NCBI GenBank assembly: GCA_025964325.1
Contig: JAOPZA010000174.1
Coordinates: 3,327-67,326 of the forward strand
Direction: 5' to 3'
Length of the DNA: 64,000 nucleotides
From: Conexibacter sp.
GTDB taxonomy: Bacteria; Actinomycetota; Thermoleophilia; Solirubrobacterales; Solirubrobacteraceae
Shown piece by piece: positions 8,687 to 17,241 of the stretch (positions within the stretch are counted from its first letter, which is position 1; each line of letters starts with the position of its first letter). The notes beneath the pieces are model-generated. The model was not told where the DNA came from. It worked only from the letters and a program-made list of their open reading frames with translations, and ran no database searches. Both the position numbers and the translations under genes were made by a program.

Positions 8687-8700
8687 CCCCCGATCGGGGG
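8687..8700. promoter_or_regulatory. Perfect 14-bp palindrome, candidate response-regulator operator
   Basis: CCCCCGATCGGGGG about 55 nt upstream of the Zn-ribbon/kinase/regulator operon. Confidence 0.45.
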
Positions 8701-8707
8701 TGAAGCC

Positions 8708-8825
8708 TCGCGCAGGGCGCTCGCCTTCACCTTGCGGGTATTCGCGCAGACGCGCAGAGCACGAAACCCGCGGTCGCCGCGCACCGACGTCGCCGGATGC
8801 AGCGTCGCGCAGGGCGCTCGCCTTC
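8708..8825 (+). repeat. Two copies of the 21-mer TCGCGCAGGGCGCTCGCCTTC (REP-like family)
   Basis: Identical at 8708-8728 and 8805-8825; reverse-complement copy at 11938-11958. Confidence 0.8.
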
Positions 8826-8842
8826 GCGCGCGCTGGCGGCGA

Positions 8843-9901
8843 TCACTCGCTCAGCGCGACGACGCGGCGCTCGGCGGCGCTCGTGCGCCCCGCCTCGAGC
8901 AGCTCGAGCGTGGCGACGGCGTCGGCGGGATCGACCGGCGGCGGCGTGCCGTCGCGCAATGCGGAGACGACGGCAGGGTAGAACGCCGTCCAGGCGCCCG
9001 GCTCGGTCGGGACGGGCTCGCTCCGCTCGCCGGCGATCAGCCGCCCCCACCGCTCCTCCGGCTCGACGCCCCAGGGCTCGGCCCCGCCCGGCCGCCGGCC
9101 CGCGCGCAGCGCGTCCTCCTGCGTGTCGACGGCCTCGAGCAGGTAGGCGGCCTCGCGCCCGAGCACGCGCAGCCGGGGACCCGGCGCCGGGCAGACGAGC
9201 GAGGCCCAGAGGCGGCTCGCCACGCCGCTCGCGTGGCGCAGCGCGAGGAAGGCGTCGTCGTCGGCCGAGCCGGCGCGCCGCGTCGCGACCTCGGCGTAGA
9301 CCTCGGTGGCGGGGCCGAACAGCGCGAGCGCCTGGTCGACGAGGTGGCTGCCGAGGTCGAGCAGCACGCCGCCACCGTCCTCCGGCGCGCGCGACTCGCG
9401 CCAGACGCCGCCCCGCAGCTGCGGGCGCCAGCGCTCCATCCGCGACTCGACGTGCAGCACGTCGCCGAGGGGGCCGTCGGCGAGCAGCCTGCGCAGGGTC
9501 ATCTGGTCGGCGTCCCAGCGGCGGTTCTGGAAGACGGTCAGCAGCACCGCGCGCTCGCGCGCGAGCGCGACGAGCGCGCGGGCATCCGCCGCGGTGACCG
9601 CGAGCGGCTTGTCGACGACGACCGCGAGCCCCAGCTCGATCGCGCGCCGCGCAAGCGGCGCATGTGCGCGGTTCGGGGCCGCGACGACGACGAGGTCGAG
9701 CTCGGCGGCGTCCGCCCACAGCTCCTCCGCGTGGTCGAGCAGGCGCACGCCCGGGTGCTCGCGTCGCGCCGCCGCCTGACGCTCGGGGTCGCTCGTCACG
9801 ACGGTCGTGACGGTCACGCCCGGCGTCGCCGCCAGCAGCGGACCGTGGAAGGCGGCGCCCGCGAGGCCGTAGCCGATGATCGCCGCGCGCAGCTCGCTCA
9901 T
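8843..9901 (-). CDS. Gfo/Idh/MocA-family oxidoreductase
   Basis: AAIIGYGLAG, VVDKPLA, FQNRRWD, GVLLDLGSHLVDQ. Confidence 0.92.
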   Translation of the reverse strand: MSELRAAIIGYGLAGAAFHGPLLAATPGVTVTTVVTSDPERQAAARREHPGVRLLDHAEELWADAAELDLVVVAAPNRAHAPLARRAIELGLAVVVDKPLAVTAADARALVALARERAVLLTVFQNRRWDADQMTLRRLLADGPLGDVLHVESRMERWRPQLRGGVWRESRAPEDGGGVLLDLGSHLVDQALALFGPATEVYAEVATRRAGSADDDAFLALRHASGVASRLWASLVCPAPGPRLRVLGREAAYLLEAVDTQEDALRAGRRPGGAEPWGVEPEERWGRLIAGERSEPVPTEPGAWTAFYPAVVSALRDGTPPPVDPADAVATLELLEAGRTSAAERRVVALSE

Positions 9902-9924
9902 CGGCGTGATCCTAGTGCGACGGG

Positions 9925-10686
9925 TCAGCCAAGCGCCCGGCCGATCTCGATCGGCGTCGCGACCGCTGCGATCCCGACGACCCAGGAGATCCGCTGCGGC
10001 CGCCCGGCGCCGTCGACCCACAGCTGGATGGTGCCCATCCCGAGTCCGCTACCCCACTGGTGCACGCCCGGTCTGTCGTTGACCGCGCGCGGATCCCAGC
10101 GGCGCGAGTCGGCGGCCCCGTGCGGCGTGCCGGTCGAGTCGAACACCTGCAGCGCGTAGCTGCCGTTCGACAGCAGCAGCGGCGCGCTCGCGGCGATCAG
10201 CGCGTGGCCGACGAAGGCGGGGGTGTCGGGGTTCGTGATCGCGTCCATCACGATCAGGTCGCCGGGCGCGATCGCGGCAACCGTCCGCACCGGCTTCCAG
10301 AGGCTCGTGCCGGCGGCCGGCAGCCCGCGCAGGTAGGCGCCCATCTGATCCGGTCTCGGGACGTAGTTCGCGCGCACGTGCTCGGCGGCGCGCAGCGCGG
10401 CGTTCGCGCGCGGGGCGCCGAGCCCGAGGAAGTAGTTCGCGAGCCCGACGCAGTCGAAGTAGTAGGTGCCGGCGGTCGCGTTCTCGAGATCCTGGTGCTG
10501 GTACTTCGTCCGCGACATCGTGCGGAACGCGCTCGAGACGGCGGCGAAGACCGGCGAGCTCGACGGTGACGGGGGCGCCTGCACCTGCGGGCCGGGCGTG
10601 GGCCGCGCGGCGCCTGCGGTGGCGGGGGCGAGCGAGAGCGCGGCGACGGCGAGCGGCAGCAGCGCGGCGAGACGGCGGGACGGCAT
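9925..10686 (-). CDS. Secreted protein, probable NlpC/P60-like (papain-fold) hydrolase
   Basis: Signal peptide, YYFDCVGL, GDLIV, VGHALI. Confidence 0.55.
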   Translation of the reverse strand: MPSRRLAALLPLAVAALSLAPATAGAARPTPGPQVQAPPSPSSSPVFAAVSSAFRTMSRTKYQHQDLENATAGTYYFDCVGLANYFLGLGAPRANAALRAAEHVRANYVPRPDQMGAYLRGLPAAGTSLWKPVRTVAAIAPGDLIVMDAITNPDTPAFVGHALIAASAPLLLSNGSYALQVFDSTGTPHGAADSRRWDPRAVNDRPGVHQWGSGLGMGTIQLWVDGAGRPQRISWVVGIAAVATPIEIGRALG

Positions 10687-10797
10687 CGGGACCTCGTTCG
10701 TTCGGGGACCGCACGCCGTCGCGCGACGTGCCACCGACGATGTCGGCCGCCCGGGCCGGAAGCATGAGCGGCGGGCGGCGCGGCGGCAACCCGCACG

Positions 10798-10924
10798 GCT
10801 GCCTTTCCTGCGGAGCCGATGCGCCGCCTGAACGACGGCCGGTCCTCCCCGCTCAGGCGTCGAGACGACGGCGCAGCGCTCACGTCCCGCGCTGCCTATC
10901 CTGCGGAGCCGATGCGCCGCCTGA
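10798..10924 (+). repeat. 34-bp direct repeat (1 mismatch) duplicating the promoter/start of the downstream gene
   Basis: GCTGCCT(T/A)TCCTGCGGAGCCGATGCGCCGCCTGA at 10798-10831 and 10891-10924, period 93. Confidence 0.85.
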
Positions 10925-11913
10925 TCTCCATTCTCACCGTCCTCGCGACGGCCGCGCTGCTGCTTGCCGGCTGTGGCGGCAACGGCTCGCAGGACGCTCC
11001 CAACGCCGACGCGACGATCGTGCTCGACTTCACGCCGAACGCCGTCCACAGCGGCATCTACACCACGATCGCGCGCGGCTTCGACACCGCGGAGGGCGTC
11101 AAGCTGCACGTGCGCGTGCCGGGCTCATCGACCGACAGCGCGAAGCTGCTGCTGAGCGGACGCACCGACTTCGCCGTGCTCGACATCCACGACCTCGCGC
11201 TCGCGCGCGAGCAGGGCAGAGACCTCGTCGCGGTGATGGCGCTCGTACAGCAGCCGCTCGCCGCCGTCCTCGCGGCGCCGGCCGTCCGCAGCCCGAGAGA
11301 CCTCGAGGGCCGCAAGGTCGGCGTCACCGGCGTGCCGAGCGATGACGCCGTGCTGCGCTCGATCGTCAAGGGCGCCGGGGGCGACCCCGCGAAGGTCCAG
11401 CGGGTCACGATCGGCTTCAACGCCGTCCCCGCGCTGCTCGGCGGCAAGGTCGCCGGCGCGACCGCCTTCTGGGACGTCGAGGGCGTGACGCTGAAGCAGA
11501 GACGGCCGCGGACGAGGGAGTTCCGGGTCGACGACTACGGCGCGCCCTCCTACCCGGAGCTGGTCCTCGTCACGACCGGGTCGAGACTGCGGCAGGACCC
11601 GAGCGTCGCGCGCGCGACCGTCGCCGCGCTCGTGCGCGGGTACGGGACCGCGAGCGACGATCCGGCGGGCTCGCTCAGCGATCTCCAGAGCCGCGTCCCC
11701 GGCCTCGACCGCACCCTGCTGCGCGCCGAGATGGACGCGCTCGCCCCCGCGATCTCGCCGCCCGACGGCCAGATCGGGCGGCTCGTGCCGGCGACGCTGC
11801 GCGCCTGGGCGCGCTGGGAGGTCCGCTTCGGGATCGTCAAGCGGACCCCCGACGTCAGCCGCATGTTCGACACCACGCTCGTCCCGCCGAGCAGAGACCG
11901 CTCCGGGAGCTGA
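10912..11913 (+). CDS. ABC transporter substrate-binding lipoprotein, SsuA/THI5/NMT1-like
   Basis: Lipobox LLAGC, LDFTPNAVHSGIY, DLEGRKVGVTG, PSYPELVLV. Confidence 0.88.
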   Translation: MRRLISILTVLATAALLLAGCGGNGSQDAPNADATIVLDFTPNAVHSGIYTTIARGFDTAEGVKLHVRVPGSSTDSAKLLLSGRTDFAVLDIHDLALAREQGRDLVAVMALVQQPLAAVLAAPAVRSPRDLEGRKVGVTGVPSDDAVLRSIVKGAGGDPAKVQRVTIGFNAVPALLGGKVAGATAFWDVEGVTLKQRRPRTREFRVDDYGAPSYPELVLVTTGSRLRQDPSVARATVAALVRGYGTASDDPAGSLSDLQSRVPGLDRTLLRAEMDALAPAISPPDGQIGRLVPATLRAWARWEVRFGIVKRTPDVSRMFDTTLVPPSRDRSGS

Positions 11914-12002
11914 GCCGGAGGCGCTTCGCCGCGCCGCGAAGGCGAGCGCCCTGCGCGAGCGTTCGCAAGCGAAACAAGGGCTATGCCCGCGGTTTCGCCC
12001 GC
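11914..12002. repeat. Composite palindromic intergenic element overlapping the SDR 3' end
   Basis: GCGCTTCGCCGCGCCGCGAAGGCGAGCGCCCTGCGCGAGCGTTCGC...CCCGCGGTTTCGCCC; shares the 21-mer with 8708 and 8805, and motifs with 27085-27185. Confidence 0.65.
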
Positions 12003-12766
12003 CAGCCGAGCGCGCGCCGCACGAGCGGCGGAGCGAGGACCCGCAGCGCTGCGGCCAGCGCGTAGGGCCGCGGCGTGTAGCGCTCCGGTTTGCCCCGCAG
12101 CCCGGTGTCGAGCACCGCCTCCGCCACCCACTCGGGCTTGCCGACGACGAGACGCGCGAACGGATGGCCGACCAGCTGCCGCTGCGGAAAGCCCTCGGTC
12201 GAGACGAAGCCGGGCAGCACGAGTCCGACGTGCACGCCATGCGGCCGCTCCTCCAGCGCGAGCGCGTCGCTCCAGCCCGCCAGCGCGAACTTGCTGGCCG
12301 AGTAGGCGCCGGAGCCGGCACGCGCGACGCGGCCGGAGGTCGAGGAGATGTTGACGATCGACGACGGCGCCGAGCTGCGCAGAAGCGGCAGCAGCGCCTC
12401 CGTCAACCGCACCTGCGCGTCGAAGTTCAGCTCCATCGTGCGGCGCACGTTCTCCCAGCCGCCCTCCGAGAAGGTCGCCTTCCAGGCCGCGCCGGCGTTG
12501 TTGACGAGCAGGTCGAGGCGACCGCCGTGCTCGCGCTCGAGCAGCTCGCGCACGCGCGCGGGAGCGTCGTCGGCGGTTAGGTCGAGCGCCAGGACGCTCG
12601 CGCGCGCGTCGCCGACCCGGGCGATCTCCTCCGCCAGCGCCTGCAGCCGCTGCTCGCGCCGGGCGACGAGCACGAGCTGGACCGGCGTCCCGCCCACCCC
12701 GCGTGCCAGCCGCCGCGCAGTCGCTTCGCCGAGGCCGCTCGACGCGCCCGTGACGACCGCGATCAT
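11981..12766 (-). CDS. Short-chain dehydrogenase/reductase
   Basis: VVTGASSGLG, LVNNAG, NISSTSG, YSASK. Confidence 0.92.
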   Translation of the reverse strand: MIAVVTGASSGLGEATARRLARGVGGTPVQLVLVARREQRLQALAEEIARVGDARASVLALDLTADDAPARVRELLEREHGGRLDLLVNNAGAAWKATFSEGGWENVRRTMELNFDAQVRLTEALLPLLRSSAPSSIVNISSTSGRVARAGSGAYSASKFALAGWSDALALEERPHGVHVGLVLPGFVSTEGFPQRQLVGHPFARLVVGKPEWVAEAVLDTGLRGKPERYTPRPYALAAALRVLAPPLVRRALGWRAKPRA

Positions 12767-13131
12767 GCGCTGCCCAGCACCTGCGCGACCAGCTCCGCCC
12801 CCTCGCGGGCGAAGCGCGAGCGCGGCACGACGAGGTCGTAGTCGGCCTCCTCCGCGAGCGTCCGCGTGTCGCGGTCGACGTGCGAGTAGAAGGCGATGAT
12901 CTTGACCCCGTCGAGCAGGCCGTCGGCGCGCACGCGGCCGATCAGCTCGACGCGCCCGGGCGCGTCCTCGGTCAGGTCGAGCACGAGGAGGTCGGGCGTG
13001 TGCCGCTCCGCCTCGCTGCGGAGCGCGTCCTCGTCGGCCAGCAGGATCGCGTCGTGGCCGGCGGCCTTCAGCGTGCCGAGCACGTTGGAGCCGAACAGCA
13101 GGTCCGGCACGTAGGCGAAGACGAGGGCCAT
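12763..13131 (-). CDS. Hypothetical receiver-like (CheY-fold) protein
   Basis: PDLLF...PDLLVLDL...IIAFYSHVD...VVPRSRF. Confidence 0.7.
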   Translation of the reverse strand: MALVFAYVPDLLFGSNVLGTLKAAGHDAILLADEDALRSEAERHTPDLLVLDLTEDAPGRVELIGRVRADGLLDGVKIIAFYSHVDRDTRTLAEEADYDLVVPRSRFAREGAELVAQVLGSA

Positions 13132-13154
13132 CCGACATCTTCCCCCGCGCCGCG

Positions 13155-13517
13155 CTACTGCGCGTGCAGCGTGCGGAACTCCTCGCGCATCGACTCGCCG
13201 CGGCCCCACATCTGCACGACCTCGTGGCGGCCGCTGCGCACCTCGCGCAGCGCCAGCTCGCCGCCGATCCCGGCGTCGTCGAGCAGCTTCAGCGTGCCGT
13301 GCACCGTGGGCGCCGCGGCGGCGTGGCCGAAGCGGTGCGCGACGAGCAGGCGCCAATGCCAGTCGAAGTGCGAGTACGGCTGCGCGTTGCACGTCACGAG
13401 ATAGGTCGCGGCGTCGACGTAGTGCGACTCGTCGAGCAGCCGCAGGTCGAGCTCGAGGTCGGTCCAGTCGTCGGGCAGCGAGTCGACGATCTGCTGGAAG
13501 GTGTCTGCGAGACCCAT
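13155..13517 (-). CDS. Hypothetical protein, 120 aa
   Basis: MGLADTFQQIVDSLPDDW...; normal codon style, operon position after mntH. Confidence 0.75.
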   Translation of the reverse strand: MGLADTFQQIVDSLPDDWTDLELDLRLLDESHYVDAATYLVTCNAQPYSHFDWHWRLLVAHRFGHAAAAPTVHGTLKLLDDAGIGGELALREVRSGRHEVVQMWGRGESMREEFRTLHAQ

Positions 13518-13534
13518 CAGGGGCCGAAGGTTAC

Positions 13535-14857
13535 TCACCCGAGGAAGGTCTCGTAGAGCAGGAAGACGTTGAGCGCGATGATGCCGGCGGCCAGCGTGCC
13601 GGCGAGGAGCGTCGTCGCGCGCCGGTTCACGAGCGCGCCCATCACCTCGCGCTGGCTCGTCAGCCAGATCAGCGGCACGAGCGCGAACGGGATCCCGAAC
13701 GACAGCACGACCTGGCTGATCACGAGCGAGCGGGTCGGGTCGAAGCCGAGCGCCAGCACGATGAGCGCCGGCGTCATCGTCACGATCCGCCGCAGCGCCA
13801 GCGGGATCGTGCGGGCGATGAAGCCCTGCATGATCACCTGGCCGGCATAGGTTCCCACGCTCGAGCTGGCGAAGCCGGAGGCGAGCAGCGCGCAGGCGAA
13901 GGCGAGTGCGGCGCCGCCGCCGACGAGCCGCTCGAAGCCGGCGTGGGCGCCCTCGATCGTGTCGACCTGGGTCAGCCCCGAGCCGAAGAAGAGCGACGCG
14001 GCGATGATCAGCATCAGCATGTTGACGATGCCGGCGATCGACATCGCCAGCACGACGTCGAGCCGCAGGAAGCGGAAGATGCGTTGCCGGTCGCCCTCGT
14101 CCTCGAGCGCGACGCGGTCCTGCGTCAAGGCCGAGTGCAGGTAGATCACGTGGGGCATCACGGTCGCGCCGAGGATGCCGCAGGCGAGCAGCACCGAGTC
14201 GCCGCCGTCGAAGCTCGGCACGAGGCCGCCCGCGACGGCGCCCCAGTCGGCGCCGATCTTGAGCGTGTCGTAGAGGAAGCCGAGCAGGATCAGCCCGAGC
14301 ATCGCGCCGATCACGAGCTCGAACCTGCGGTGGCCGCGCGCCTGCAGCGCGAGGATCCCGAACGCGATCACGGCCGTCATCAGGCCGGCGACGAAGAGCG
14401 GCACGCCGAAGAGCAGGTTGAGCGCGATCGCAGCGCCGATGAACTCCGCCATGTCGGTCGCCATCGCGACCAGCTCGGCCTGCACCCAGAGCCCGTAGGA
14501 GGCGCGCTTCGGCAGCCGCTCGCGGCACAGCTCCGGCAGGTTCCGACCGGTCGCGAGGCCGACCTTCGCCGACAGCGTCTGGACCAGCATCCCGATCAGG
14601 TTGGCGGCCAGCACGACCCACAGCAGCACGTAGCCGTGGCTCGCGCCGCCGGCGATGTTGGTGGCGAAGTTGCCCGGGTCGACGTAGGCGATCGCGGCGA
14701 CGAAGGCGGGGCCCAGCAGCGGCAGGATCCCGCGCAGGCCGCGGCGGGCGCGGATCTGCTTGAACGTCGCGCGCGTCGGCAGCGCCGGCGCGAGCGCGCC
14801 AGCAGCCCCGTCTGCGGCCTCCTCTGCCGGCGCGGAGACGGGCGGGGGCGGCGTCAT
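13535..14857 (-). CDS. mntH: Nramp-family Mn2+/Fe2+ transporter
   Basis: AYVDPGNFATN, GATVMPHVIYLHS, SQVVLSFGIPFAL. Confidence 0.95.
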   Translation of the reverse strand: MTPPPPVSAPAEEAADGAAGALAPALPTRATFKQIRARRGLRGILPLLGPAFVAAIAYVDPGNFATNIAGGASHGYVLLWVVLAANLIGMLVQTLSAKVGLATGRNLPELCRERLPKRASYGLWVQAELVAMATDMAEFIGAAIALNLLFGVPLFVAGLMTAVIAFGILALQARGHRRFELVIGAMLGLILLGFLYDTLKIGADWGAVAGGLVPSFDGGDSVLLACGILGATVMPHVIYLHSALTQDRVALEDEGDRQRIFRFLRLDVVLAMSIAGIVNMLMLIIAASLFFGSGLTQVDTIEGAHAGFERLVGGGAALAFACALLASGFASSSVGTYAGQVIMQGFIARTIPLALRRIVTMTPALIVLALGFDPTRSLVISQVVLSFGIPFALVPLIWLTSQREVMGALVNRRATTLLAGTLAAGIIALNVFLLYETFLG

Positions 14858-15540
14858 CGGCCCACGTCTACCCGCATCGCGGCCGCCAGCGCGCCACCCA
14901 GCACGTGCACGTCCGCCGCGCGACCGAAGCGCACGAAGAGCGGCCCGTCGAAGGGCTGCTTGTCGACGACCTCGAAGTCGTCGCCGGGCCGGATGCCGCG
15001 CTCGTCGAGGTAGCGCAGCATCGCCGGGTCCTGGTCGGAGATCCGCGTGAAGCGGCCGCGGGCGCCGGTCTCGAGCGCGGCGAGGCACTCGCTCGGCCCC
15101 TCCTCGATGCGCAGGTCGCGCGTCGGGATCGGGTCGCCGTGCGGGTCGTGCGTCGGGTCGCCGAGCTGGGCGGCGATGCGCTCCTCGAGCTCCTCGGAGA
15201 TGTGGTGCTCGAGCACCTCCGCCTCCGCATGGACGCGGTCCCACGGCAGGCCGAGGCTCTCGGCCAGGTAGAGCTCGAGCAGGCGGTGGTGGCGCAGCAC
15301 CTCGAGCGCGAGCCGGCGCCCCTCCGCGGTCAGCACGACGCCCTTGTAGGGCACGTGCGTGACGAGCCCGAGCTCGTCCAGCCGGCGCACCATCGCGGAG
15401 GCCGAGCCCGGCGTCACGCTGAGCCGCTCGGCCAGCGCGTTGGTCGTGACGGCGGCGTCCGAGCGGACCTCGAGGGCGTAGATCGCCTTCGCGTAGTCCT
15501 CGACCGCGGTCGAGCGGTGCTCTTGGTTCAGGACGATCAC
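14854..15540 (-). CDS. mntR: DtxR/MntR-family metal-dependent regulator with FeoA domain
   Basis: EDYAKAIY, RHHRLLELYL, AEVLEHHISE, DPHGDPIP; leaderless GTG 7 nt after CATAAT. Confidence 0.9.
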   Translation of the reverse strand: MIVLNQEHRSTAVEDYAKAIYALEVRSDAAVTTNALAERLSVTPGSASAMVRRLDELGLVTHVPYKGVVLTAEGRRLALEVLRHHRLLELYLAESLGLPWDRVHAEAEVLEHHISEELEERIAAQLGDPTHDPHGDPIPTRDLRIEEGPSECLAALETGARGRFTRISDQDPAMLRYLDERGIRPGDDFEVVDKQPFDGPLFVRFGRAADVHVLGGALAAAMRVDVGR

Positions 15541-15544
15541 GAGC

Positions 15545-15568
15545 GAGATTATGGCACACCAAAATCTC
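15545..15568. promoter_or_regulatory. 24-bp imperfect palindrome over the mntR -10; candidate MntR operator
   Basis: GAGATT-A-TGG-CACA-CCA-A-AATCTC. Confidence 0.65.
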
Positions 15569-15619
15569 CTTCGCAGCAGCGCTGAGAATGGCGCTCCGGC
15601 GGCCGCTATGCTCGGTCCC

Positions 15620-16579
15620 ATGCCGGCGACGACACAGGGTTCGAAGGCGGAGCGGGCGCTGCGCGAGAGCTGCGGCCTGCTCGACCGCTCCGAGCGCGGC
15701 AAGCTCGCGCTGAGCGGCGCGCAGGCGAAGGAGTTCCTCCAGGGCCAGGTGACGAACGACGTCGTGGCGCTGACGCCCGGCAGCGGCTGCTACGCCGCCT
15801 TCCTGACGCAGAAGGGCAAGATGCTGGGGGACCTGCGGGTCCTCGACAGCGGGGACGAGCTGCTGCTCGACACCGAGCGCGTCGCGCTGCAGGAGCTCTT
15901 CAACATGATCCGGCGCTTCAAGATCGGCTTCGACGTCGAGCTCCACAAGCGCACCGTCGAGCGCGGCCTGCTGTCGCTGATCGGCCCCGACGCGCGTCGC
16001 GTCGCCGGCGCCGAGGCGGCCGGACTCGGGGACGAGGAGCACGCCAACGCGGGCGCGACGATCGCCGCGGTGCCGGTCCGGCTGGTGCGGACCGACGTCG
16101 GCGTCGACGTGATCTGCCCCGCGGAGGCGACCGCCGCCGTGCGCGACGCGCTGCTGGCGGCGGGCGCGCTCGCGGTCGAGGAGGCTGAGGCCGAGACGCT
16201 GCGCGTCGAGCACGGCCGCCCGCGCTACGGCGTCGATCTCGACGACACGACGATCCCCCAGGAGGCCGGCCTGAACGAGCGCTCGGTCTCGTTCACGAAG
16301 GGCTGCTACGTCGGCCAGGAGACGGTCGCGCGGCTGCACTACAAGGGCAAGCCGAACCGCCACCTGCGCGGCCTGCGGCTCTCCGCGCCGGTCGCCGGCG
16401 GGACCGAGCTGACGCTCGACGGCAAGCGCGTCGGCGTCCTCGGCAGCGTCGCGATCTCACCCCGGCACGGTCCGATCGGCCTGGCGCTGCTGCGTCGCGA
16501 GGCCGAGCCGGGGACGACCGTGACGGCCGGCGAGGCGGTCGGCGAGGTCGTCGCGCTGCCGTTCGAAGCGCGCGCCTGA
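15620..16579 (+). CDS. ygfZ: YgfZ/GcvT-family folate-binding protein
   Basis: FLQGQVTND, SFTKGCYVGQETVAR; TATGCT 7 nt upstream. Confidence 0.92.
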   Translation: MPATTQGSKAERALRESCGLLDRSERGKLALSGAQAKEFLQGQVTNDVVALTPGSGCYAAFLTQKGKMLGDLRVLDSGDELLLDTERVALQELFNMIRRFKIGFDVELHKRTVERGLLSLIGPDARRVAGAEAAGLGDEEHANAGATIAAVPVRLVRTDVGVDVICPAEATAAVRDALLAAGALAVEEAEAETLRVEHGRPRYGVDLDDTTIPQEAGLNERSVSFTKGCYVGQETVARLHYKGKPNRHLRGLRLSAPVAGGTELTLDGKRVGVLGSVAISPRHGPIGLALLRREAEPGTTVTAGEAVGEVVALPFEARA

Positions 16580-16685
16580 TCCACGCTCCGGGGCGGCTGC
16601 GTACGGTCCCGTGAAGGCACTTCTCGTGTGGTGGCCGCACGCAGGGGTACCATGGATGGCACCAATTCCAGGAAGGAGGCGCCCG

Positions 16686-16931
16686 ATGACCACCTTCGCA
16701 ACGGACCACGAAGCCGTACGACAACTGCGTGAGCTCGACGAGCGGACCCGCACCGCGTGGGAGGAGTACCGCAGCAGCGTCAGCGATCTCGCCGGCGAGG
16801 CGTACGAAGAAGCCGAGCTGATCTCGTGGGAGCGTCTCCAGCGCTCGCTGCACGAGTTGGCCGACGAGCGTGGACGCGTCGCGAGTCCGTCGGAGCCCGG
16901 CGGACCCCGAGACCCCGACCCGACCCACTAG
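16686..16931 (+). CDS. Small hypothetical helical protein, 81 aa
   Basis: AGGAGG RBS before ATG; MTTFATDHEAVRQLRELDERTRTAWEEY... Confidence 0.7.
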   Translation: MTTFATDHEAVRQLRELDERTRTAWEEYRSSVSDLAGEAYEEAELISWERLQRSLHELADERGRVASPSEPGGPRDPDPTH

Positions 16932-17241
16932 CGCGGCGCGTCCTCGTCGCTCCCGCGGCGAGACGCGCTGCCGCGGGCGGGCGCGCGCGACACCCTGAGC
17001 ACGACGGCAGGGCGGCACGCCGCCGCGCGTCTGCCCGCCCCCACTCCCCGATAGCTGACCGCCGATCCCCGAGATCGTGGTCGAACGCGCCCGCGCTCCA
17101 CCGATAGCGGCGGGATTCGCACGAACTTTCCTCGCGATTGACTGGTCAGTCGGCTAAGGTTCGCGCCGCAGAAGCACCGGGTCGTGCTCGGCGCGGATGG
17201 AACCGGTGGACGGACCGGGAGACAAGGGAGAGCCAGCCACG

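Noticed and set aside
10690-10911. Possible TPP riboswitch upstream of the THI5-like gene
   Set aside because: No CTGAGA / ACCTGA / GGAA-type conserved elements found; the region is explained by the 34-bp duplication.
16932-17240. 310-nt gap as an unannotated gene or ncRNA
   Set aside because: No convincing ORF in either direction and no recognisable RNA family motif; only the operator-like palindrome was kept.
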